This document shows positions 56,605-64,000 of a stretch of 64,000 nucleotides of DNA, one piece after another. Below the pieces are notes generated by a model. That model saw only the letters and a list, made by a program, of their open reading frames with translations. It searched no databases and was not told where the DNA came from. Position 1 is the first letter of the stretch, and every line of letters begins with the position of its first letter. Source of the stretch: Armatimonadota bacterium (GTDB taxonomy: Bacteria; Armatimonadota; UBA5829; DTLH01); contig JBDKSP010000050.1 of NCBI GenBank assembly GCA_039680575.1, positions 10,535-74,534 of the forward strand, read 5' to 3'. A program made the translations under genes and the position numbers.

Positions 56605-57780
56605 ATGAGCGATAATCGTACTCATAATGATGGGCCGGAGCATTCGTGTTCCGGCCCTGTTCGTGCCGCTTACACGCACATCCCGTTTTGCCGGGCTAAG
56701 TGCTTCTACTGCGATTTCAACTCGTACCCGCATATGGAAGACCGGTTTGACGCTTATGTCGACGCGCTGGTCAGTGAGATATATTCAACAAAACTGTCGG
56801 GTTTCAGGCTGGACTCGGCTTATTTCGGCGGTGGGACCCCCACGGTCCTTTCGCCCGGCCTGCTTTCGAAGGTCCTGGACGCGCTTCGAACGCATTTCGG
56901 CTTTTCCGATGATATAGAAGCGACTATAGAGGCCAATCCAGGGACTATCAACAGCCAGTCCGTGGCGGAATTACGGAGCGCAGGGTTTAACAGGCTGAGT
57001 ATCGGGATTCAGTCGTTTAATGACAGCATTCTTGCCAGGATAGGGCGCATCCATACGGCGGAACAAGCTAAGGATGCGTTTTATATGGGACGGAGCGGCG
57101 GGTTCGATAACATCAGCATAGACCTGATGTACGCACTGCCCGGCCAATCGGTATTGGAATGGCAGCGGACGCTCGATTCCGCCCTGACGCTGTCTCCCGA
57201 ACACATTTCACTGTATGAACTGACGGTAGAAGAGGGGACGATTTTCGGAAATCTGAGAAAGAAGTGCATGCTCCAACTGCCGGACGAGGACCAGCAGATA
57301 GAGATGTACGCAGTTGCAATCGAGACCCTTGCATCGGCAGGTTACGAGCGTTATGAAATCTCGAATTTTGCCATTCCCGGCAGGCGGTCCCGCCACAATA
57401 TGACCTATTGGCGCAATGAACCGTATTACGGGTTCGGCGCGGGTGCTTCCGGCTATGTCGAAGGCGTCCGTTACACTAATTTGAAGGACCCGGTCCGGTA
57501 TATAGACGCGGTATTATCCGCCCGGAGTGCGGTGGAGACATCGGAAGCTCTAGCCGGGCGGCAGGCAATGGGCGAGACGATAATGCTTGGGCTCAGGATG
57601 ATCGATGGAATGGACATGGATGCGTTTAAAGCCCGTTTCGGTGTAGGGTTTGAGGAATCATATCCTGAAGAATTTGCGAGACTGTCAGCACGAGGGCTGA
57701 TCGAGATCGACGGCAGATTTCTCAGGCTGACAGCGGCCGGACTGCTTGTTGCCAATGAAGTGATGGCGGAATTATTGTAG
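56605..57780 (+). CDS. hemW: Radical SAM heme chaperone HemW (HemN-like)
   Basis: YTHIPFCRAKCFYCDF, FGGGTP, EANP, YEISNFA, HNMTYW. Confidence 0.9.
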   Translation: MSDNRTHNDGPEHSCSGPVRAAYTHIPFCRAKCFYCDFNSYPHMEDRFDAYVDALVSEIYSTKLSGFRLDSAYFGGGTPTVLSPGLLSKVLDALRTHFGFSDDIEATIEANPGTINSQSVAELRSAGFNRLSIGIQSFNDSILARIGRIHTAEQAKDAFYMGRSGGFDNISIDLMYALPGQSVLEWQRTLDSALTLSPEHISLYELTVEEGTIFGNLRKKCMLQLPDEDQQIEMYAVAIETLASAGYERYEISNFAIPGRRSRHNMTYWRNEPYYGFGAGASGYVEGVRYTNLKDPVRYIDAVLSARSAVETSEALAGRQAMGETIMLGLRMIDGMDMDAFKARFGVGFEESYPEEFARLSARGLIEIDGRFLRLTAAGLLVANEVMAELL

Positions 57781-57839
57781 AGGCGGAGGTAAAACAAACG
57801 GGAGCTGAAGAACTCTATATAAGTCTTAGGACGGCCATT

Positions 57840-58562
57840 GTGGCAGTGGCCGGTTTCATAATCGGAGCATTGACGGGCTTGACGGGGGTCGGGCTCGGTT
57901 CGCTTACTGTGCCTCTCATTGCTTATTTGTTCGGTCTTAGTGCCAACCGGGCACGCGGAACGGCATTGATTCTGATGCTTGCCGCCGCGTTGCCTTCCGC
58001 TATTATCTACACAAAAGCGGGATATATGGACTGGGCTCCGGCAGGGCTGGCGACACTCGGCATGGTCGCCGGTGCGATTGCCGGCACACGGTTGACCGTG
58101 AGGAGAAACCTGTCAATCTTCCGAAAGCTGGTCGCGCTTCTCCTGGCAGCCGCCGGTATATATATAGCTGTGGTCTCTTCCGGCCAGCCGGGTTCAGCGG
58201 GCTTGTCGCTTTTGCAGGGGCTCGCAATTGGCTTCGGCTCAGGACTTATCGGCGGTATGGCAGGTGTTGCCGGGGGATCACTCCTTATTTCCGCTCTCGT
58301 CATTTTTTTTGCGGTTCCTCAAAAGTTGGCGCAAGCTGTTGCTCTGGTTGTAATTATCCCGGCATCGCTGCCTCTCGTTATTGTTTACTACATCGGTAAC
58401 AGGGCGGACAGGAAAATTATGCTTCAGCTTGCTGTAGGAGGGGCGCTCGGCGCATGTGTCGGTTCTGTCGCAGCCATAGAGATGCCTGAGCCGCTGTTGA
58501 TGGTCGTATTCGGTGTCTTTTCCGCTGTAATAGCGGTAATCACCTTCACGAAGGGTCGATAG
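57840..58562 (+). CDS. TauE/SafE sulfite-exporter family permease
   Basis: Two repeats (GLTGVGLGSLTVP / GMAGVAGGSLLIS), 8 TM segments. Confidence 0.8.
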   Translation: MAVAGFIIGALTGLTGVGLGSLTVPLIAYLFGLSANRARGTALILMLAAALPSAIIYTKAGYMDWAPAGLATLGMVAGAIAGTRLTVRRNLSIFRKLVALLLAAAGIYIAVVSSGQPGSAGLSLLQGLAIGFGSGLIGGMAGVAGGSLLISALVIFFAVPQKLAQAVALVVIIPASLPLVIVYYIGNRADRKIMLQLAVGGALGACVGSVAAIEMPEPLLMVVFGVFSAVIAVITFTKGR

Positions 58563-58728
58563 TACTGCTGATTGCAAAGCCTTCGGGTTTGAAGGAACAT
58601 ACCGGCCGTAGAAACAGTCAATGATGTGGTTGTGCTCGACATTGGATTGACTTAATCTATTGCTCCGTGGTAGCATTATGTTGAGCTTGAATATGCAGAC
58701 CGGCCAATTGGCTTCAGAGAGGGTCCCT

Positions 58729-60120
58729 ATGCGTTTTACCCACAAGGTTCATTCTATTACCATAGCAGTTGTGCTGCTTGGATCGGTACTGTTTACGGCC
58801 GCATCCGCCCTTGCGCTCACGATCGCTTCACCGACTGAGGGGCGTTTGGTGCGTGATAAGGTGCCGATTGTCATACCTCGCTATTCACTTCCGGCTGAGG
58901 TTGCCAGATCTGGTTTTATCACCATTAAGGTAGACGGCAGGTTTTTGGCAGCGGTCGACGCTACCATCCCACCCGTGACCGGCAAGGCTCCGCTGAATCC
59001 CAATATCGTGTACGTTTGGAATACCAAACGTCAGATAAATGATGCAACTCTTCCCTCAGATCAGCGGACATACCGCGATGGAAAACATGTCATCGTCGTC
59101 GAAGCATTCACTGTAAGCAGGTCCACTATATCAAAGGATGTGGCTGTCGAATCCGCCACAGTCAATGTGACGCTGCAAAACCAGGTGCAGAGGCCGAATC
59201 CTGCTCCGCCTGTAAGTATGAAATACCATTATTATATGGGCGCGGAGAACAGATACAAGGTTTCTACAACCTGCGAGATTCTCGATGCCACTGGCTACAG
59301 CCTGACGGGCGGCCAGTTCCCTGTGGTTGGGGAATATGATGTGGTTCAGATGGTCGAAGACATCGAACCGGGCGGTTCAGCGCTTCTTCGATATAAAGTC
59401 GATAAGAACAACGCTTTTACCCAGGTTTTCGGGCAGGTCAATCTGTTAGGGCTATCGCAGCGATACCAATCCATATATAAAATTATCGATGTTTTTGGAA
59501 GAGTCGTTGATGCGAGCGTTATGTCTGAAAGATCGAAGGTCGAAGTGACGGATTGCCTGCTGTCGTTACCTGGATACCCGATTCAGGTAGGCGACAAATG
59601 GCCGACCAATATACATATGAAACTCGAAGGCCTTTCCAGTTATGGGAAGTATAAGGGCACTAGTGTCCTGGAAAAACTCGAATGGGAAGGCGGATATGAG
59701 TGTGCGAAAATTGTCTCGAACATAAGTGGATCCACTACATTTTACTTCCTTGGCCTTGGAAAGATGGACGAGATCAAGGCAGTCAACACCGCGTATTTCG
59801 CCTACAAACCAGGTAAGCTCTTAAAAGATGTGACTTTGGTAGAGTTTGGTGCTGTTATGAGCAATGAGACACTTGCCGCTCTTCAACAGCAGATGCCTGC
59901 GCTGACATCCGGCAGTGATGCCGCTGCACAGTCTGCCGGAACGATGGGTGGCAGTTATATGCCCGGAGCAAATCCACACTCTTCGCAGGAGCTACCCGGC
60001 TTGAGTAATGTGCCTCGTTCATCAGGAGGCGGGTACGGTGGTAGTAGAGCACCCGGCACAGGACAGACTCAGATCAGGTTGAGATTAACAATAACGAAGG
60101 AACTCGTTAAGAATAAATAG
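58729..60120 (+). CDS. Secreted hypothetical protein (Ig-like N-terminal domain, Gly/Ser-rich C-terminal loop)
   Basis: Signal peptide ending ASALA; TIASPTEG...DGKHVIVVEA Ig-like pattern; start assumed at ATG 58729. Confidence 0.6.
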   Translation: MRFTHKVHSITIAVVLLGSVLFTAASALALTIASPTEGRLVRDKVPIVIPRYSLPAEVARSGFITIKVDGRFLAAVDATIPPVTGKAPLNPNIVYVWNTKRQINDATLPSDQRTYRDGKHVIVVEAFTVSRSTISKDVAVESATVNVTLQNQVQRPNPAPPVSMKYHYYMGAENRYKVSTTCEILDATGYSLTGGQFPVVGEYDVVQMVEDIEPGGSALLRYKVDKNNAFTQVFGQVNLLGLSQRYQSIYKIIDVFGRVVDASVMSERSKVEVTDCLLSLPGYPIQVGDKWPTNIHMKLEGLSSYGKYKGTSVLEKLEWEGGYECAKIVSNISGSTTFYFLGLGKMDEIKAVNTAYFAYKPGKLLKDVTLVEFGAVMSNETLAALQQQMPALTSGSDAAAQSAGTMGGSYMPGANPHSSQELPGLSNVPRSSGGGYGGSRAPGTGQTQIRLRLTITKELVKNK

Positions 60121-60173
60121 CGAGGTCTCGTGGAAGACAGAGAGGTTGAACTCTCTGAGCATCCAGCGGAATT

Positions 60174-60237
60174 AAAAACCAGGCTCATCCGCGCCACCGT
60201 TTGATCGGTGTTGGCGTTGTGGTGGCCTGGTTTTTTA
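60174..60237 (+). terminator. Long hairpin with A/T tails, probable bidirectional terminator
   Basis: aaaaaccaggc...gcctggtttttt enclosing a further stem. Confidence 0.6.
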
Positions 60238-60480
60238 TGAAAGGGTCCATGATCCGCTGCCAAATCCTGATTATCGGCTCGGCGGAGTTATACTTGCGCT
60301 TTCCCTTGAATATTGCGGATAGCATTGGTTTTATCGTGAGAATGGTGGAGCGAAAGCCGGTTATCCATAAGCGATTACGGGTAAAGATTTGGCAAATGCA
60401 AGCTGCGCGGAATGCCGTCGGAACTAAAGACTTTTGGCTGTAATGCAGCTAAAAACCCGATATTTGGGAGGCGGCCTGAG

Positions 60481-61050
60481 TTGAAAAGCAGTGTTAATAT
60501 CGCAGATCATCCCATTCATCCCATGCTGGTGCTTTTACCGGCCGGTGCTTGGGTGACATCGTTCATATTGGACATAGTATTTCTCTCGACAGGCAATGTG
60601 TTCTGGTTTGCAGCGTCGCTCTGGACGATTATAATCGGGGTTGCAGGTGCGCTTATTGCCGCGATAGTTGGGATGCTGGACCTTTTTACCCTGCCGCTCG
60701 GCAGAGAGCCCAGGCGTATAGGTATTACACATATGACGCTCAACCTGGTCATCGTAGCGCTGTATATCGTCAATGCGATTATCAGGTTTTCCGTTCCGGT
60801 TGGTCCGGTAATGGGGCTGATGGTGCCGGTGTCGACTGCGGTGTGGACATTTGTACTTAATCTGGTCTCTATAGTCCTATTGATCTTCTCAGGGTGGTAC
60901 GGCGGTGAAATGGTCTACCGTTACGCCGTCGCAGTGCCAGGGGAGACGATAGAACGCGCTCCTCAATACCAGACAAGGCCATATCCAGGCGAACCGGGCA
61001 TATCCGGTGCCCTCGGCGGACAATCACCGCTTAATGACGACGATGAATAG
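60481..61050 (+). CDS. DUF2231 family membrane protein
   Basis: HPIHPMLVLLP, HMTLN, GWYGGEMVY; TTG 60481 after GGAGG. Confidence 0.8.
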   Translation: MKSSVNIADHPIHPMLVLLPAGAWVTSFILDIVFLSTGNVFWFAASLWTIIIGVAGALIAAIVGMLDLFTLPLGREPRRIGITHMTLNLVIVALYIVNAIIRFSVPVGPVMGLMVPVSTAVWTFVLNLVSIVLLIFSGWYGGEMVYRYAVAVPGETIERAPQYQTRPYPGEPGISGALGGQSPLNDDDE

Positions 61051-61138
61051 GCAGTATATGAAGTGGAATAGCGGCTGAAATCCCGATTCATCCCATGATC
61101 CGGCTCATCTTTATAAGAATTCAACAAAAATACCGGCA

Positions 61139-61167
61139 TTGACAACCGAACAGACATAATGTATATT
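61139..61167 (+). promoter_or_regulatory. Sigma70-type promoter upstream of the PEP-CTERM gene
   Basis: TTGACA-17 bp-TATATT. Confidence 0.65.
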
Positions 61168-61356
61168 GCAATTATGCCCGAAGCAGTACCGCGGGCTGCT
61201 GATTTAGCAGTTTGGGGTAATGTCTCCGGCTTTTTGCGTTTGGGGGCAAAAGATGCATCGTTCCAGAGCAGTTGTTGCGAGTATTATTGTCATAATGGTT
61301 ATTTCGGTTAATGCGACAAGCAATATTGGGACAATAGGGGCATGTGGAAGCTGATT

Positions 61357-61980
61357 ATGAAGAGACTTATGTTGTTGATATTAGTTGTTGTGATACTCTG
61401 CTGTTCCTCTGCACTGTGGGCGTATACCCTCACATTCGATGAATATTCCGCTGGGACTGAGCTTCAGTATTCATCATATGAGGCAGATTACGGTGCAACA
61501 TTCCTTGAAGGATTCAAGGTGGCAGACCATACGGATTTCAGTTGGGGTAAACCATATTCGGGATCAAACGTGTTGGTATGGGATAGCAGCTATAACTTTG
61601 CACGCTTTTTATTCGGACACTACACACTATCTACTGCGAAACCGTATAGTGTGTGTTCCGTGGGTGCATATTTCAGCACTCAGCCCGGAACGATGGTTAA
61701 GATAACAGCATATAGAATGAACGTTAGTGAACCAGTGACAAGTGTTGTGATAGGTACCCCTGGGGCGTCATGGTCCAATCAATATATGGAAATAACTTCA
61801 TCGAATGGTGTATTTGAAATGTTGGAGTTCGAAGGGGTAAACTCATCAAATGAACTTCGGGGTTTTTGTGCGGATAACATGACCGTCACACCAGTCCCCG
61901 AACCCTCCTCCCTCATCGCTCTTGGGCTTGGAGTCCTGCCGATTGCAGCAGGCTTGAGGTTGAGGCGGAGGAGAGCATAA
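61357..61980 (+). CDS. PEP-CTERM sorting-signal surface protein
   Basis: Signal peptide; C-terminal VPEPSSLIALGLG...RLRRRRA. Start is 61357 or 61342. Confidence 0.9.
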   Translation: MKRLMLLILVVVILCCSSALWAYTLTFDEYSAGTELQYSSYEADYGATFLEGFKVADHTDFSWGKPYSGSNVLVWDSSYNFARFLFGHYTLSTAKPYSVCSVGAYFSTQPGTMVKITAYRMNVSEPVTSVVIGTPGASWSNQYMEITSSNGVFEMLEFEGVNSSNELRGFCADNMTVTPVPEPSSLIALGLGVLPIAAGLRLRRRRA

Positions 61981-62024
61981 GTATGCGTTCTTGAGACGTA
62001 AAATACATCAGACGGGGGATGGGG

Positions 62025-63782
62025 TTAGCGCCCGTCCCTCGTCGCAGCTTCGTAGATCGCTTTTCCGGCTTCCACCAGCGCATCACCGGCTGACGGGTCG
62101 GGAGTGTCGATTATCACCCGCCAGATTCCGGCTTCTGTCCTCGAACCACGCGCGAAGATGAAAGATTTGCCCGCTTTGGAATAAAATGCCACTCGCCAGC
62201 CGCCGCTCTCGTCGCCGGTTCGGAGCTTAACCCGGCTTGTGCCTTCATAGTCTTCGAACTCATAGCTGTCGAATTTGTTGGAGAGCTTCTGCCAGATACT
62301 GTGCTTGAAGTGCTCTTCCATCCGTGTCTTGATCTCGGAATGCGGAATATCCGGCCCCTCGAACCTGAATACGCGGTTGAAGTAGGTGGGGACAGCCGCT
62401 ATGATGTCCGGCAGCCTGCGAAGCTCGCAGGTTCCCGCCGAGTTATTGTTCCGGCAGAGCACTTCCTGCCAATGATCGGCAAGCTCGGGGTTTTCGTCGG
62501 CGAGCGCGGCGCAAATAGCTGTCTGCAGCCCGTCCCGGCAGGTAGATGCCCCGAAGATCGACCCGCCGTTCGCGCCTTCGACGCCTATCGGCACATCGTA
62601 GCCTTCGGCTCTCAACTGGTGCATCCTGGTAACGACGTTGATCTCACCGGTCTCTACTATAAAGACTTCCGCGCCGAACATCCGGGCGACTTCCGCGCTT
62701 GCGCCTGATGTCGAGTCCGATATGACGACCGCGAGTTTACTGCGTTTTTCGCCGAGGACTTCCCGGTGAGTAAGAGCGAGCGCAATATTGGTGGTCGCCA
62801 CTTTCTGCGGCGGGATTATAGCTGACTCGTCCAGTCCCGGAAGCACCATATTCCCACGGTCAGCGTCATAATCGAAAGCAATCCCGAACCTCGCGCCATT
62901 TCTTAATGCGGCTCTTGCAGTGCGGATGAGCATGTGCTTGCCGCTCGCGGGGTCGATATTGTCCGTATCTATCCCATGCTCAGGGTATCCGAGCTCCGCG
63001 TTTACCTCGATTGCTCTTACACCGAAGTGTTCCAGCACTCTTGCGCCTATTCCGCATGCTGCGCCTCCATTCGGGTCCAGCACTGCCGGTCCGAAGACCA
63101 GTGGCTTCAGACAGTGCGGCTTGATCCCCCAGTCTTCTCCTATAGCATCCAGGTAAGCCCTCTCGGCTTTGATCCGTCGCTCGTGGTCTTCACCATTGCC
63201 GAAAGCACGCGCGAAACTCTCGTCATCTATTCGCTCAATCGCTGAGACGAACTCTTCCGGCGATTCCGTGATCTTGCGAACATCCGAAACGATCTTGCCC
63301 ATCCGGCTGGCGGAGAGAAGAGCGCCGGGAGGTGCATCATGTTTATCAAAATCACCCTGCTTCGGGTATCCGGTGATGAATTTGAACCCGTTGTCGGTAA
63401 GAGGATTGTGGCTTGCCGTGATCATGACGCCGCCTGCGGGCTGAAGAGTGCGGACGGCTGTCTCGATGAGAGGCGTAGTGATTATATCAAGATTGACTAT
63501 CTTCAACCGGCAGTTTTGAACGGCTGCGCCTGCAAGGAATCCTCGGGCGAGCGCCTCCGCCAGAGCTTCGCCGGTCGGCCTGGGGTCTCTTCCGATAAGT
63601 ATCTCGGTCTCCTGATGGCCTTGAAGCACGTTCTTCGCGTAGCAGAACCCATATGCGAGGGCAAGCGCTGCGAGATCATCGGGAATTTCGGGTCCTTGGC
63701 CGAATTTGGCTCTTACTCCTGAAAAAGACTGCACGAGCCCCGGGTTTTTGACCGCCTGTTTGATCGAGTCTCTGATATTCAT
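62025..63782 (-). CDS. Alpha-D-phosphohexomutase family (PGM/PMM/GlmM-like)
   Basis: FSGVR, GRDPR, TTP, TASHNP..DNGFK, DYDADR, EGANGG, RDG, RGSRTE. Confidence 0.88.
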   Translation of the reverse strand: MNIRDSIKQAVKNPGLVQSFSGVRAKFGQGPEIPDDLAALALAYGFCYAKNVLQGHQETEILIGRDPRPTGEALAEALARGFLAGAAVQNCRLKIVNLDIITTPLIETAVRTLQPAGGVMITASHNPLTDNGFKFITGYPKQGDFDKHDAPPGALLSASRMGKIVSDVRKITESPEEFVSAIERIDDESFARAFGNGEDHERRIKAERAYLDAIGEDWGIKPHCLKPLVFGPAVLDPNGGAACGIGARVLEHFGVRAIEVNAELGYPEHGIDTDNIDPASGKHMLIRTARAALRNGARFGIAFDYDADRGNMVLPGLDESAIIPPQKVATTNIALALTHREVLGEKRSKLAVVISDSTSGASAEVARMFGAEVFIVETGEINVVTRMHQLRAEGYDVPIGVEGANGGSIFGASTCRDGLQTAICAALADENPELADHWQEVLCRNNNSAGTCELRRLPDIIAAVPTYFNRVFRFEGPDIPHSEIKTRMEEHFKHSIWQKLSNKFDSYEFEDYEGTSRVKLRTGDESGGWRVAFYSKAGKSFIFARGSRTEAGIWRVIIDTPDPSAGDALVEAGKAIYEAATRDGR

Positions 63783-64000
63783 TACCTTTCACTATCCTCC
63801 GCCGATAGTTTAGCGCAAAGATAGCAAGTAGTCCAGTAAAATACGGGATATGCCGTGGTCTTGGCCGGCAATCCGTATTGCCTCACTTAAAAACCGTACC
63901 ATAGCGCAGGTCGTTGCCTCACGAAGAATCGTACCGTGTGAGGCACCGTTGCGTGTTACTGATGCAGTGTATCATAAAGCTCCTTTACGAGTTGATTGAT

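Noticed and set aside
63934..63965. tgcctc...gaggca hairpin resembling 22694-22723
   Set aside because: Only the 6 bp stem ends clearly match; not enough to call a repeat family.

Overview
A gene-dense bacterial chromosomal window of mid GC content, probably from an anaerobe. My inference is an Armatimonadota-like lineage: Firmicutes-style gene order (remA-gmk-coaBC-metK-priA-def-fmt; alaS-ruvX-mltG-yqeG-aroE-pilBTCD) occurs together with a PEP-CTERM protein and an H...DG-tailed prepilin. From left to right it holds a partial sensor gene behind two tandem FIST/NosP-like genes, a GH94 phosphorylase homologue with altered catalytic motifs, a large secreted PDZ protein, mscS, a corrinoid protein with its ASKHA/RACo activator, and the housekeeping operon. 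Next come hydG and hydE split by a sialidase plus DapA/NanA-family pair, a DehI-like protein, a pseudo-receiver/PAS/RsbT-like kinase, an orphan DUF433 antitoxin and alaS...aroE. A type IV pilus locus with very large minor pilins and a ~1480 aa propeller adhesin follows, then hemW, a TauE permease, DUF2231, PEP-CTERM and a phosphohexomutase. I found no rRNA, tRNA, CRISPR array or transposase. The main unannotated signal is in the spacers: a ~160 bp MITE-like element with terminal inverted repeats and compensatory stem changes, and a second family of nested palindromic (REP-like) modules. All family assignments come from motif recognition by eye, with no database search.
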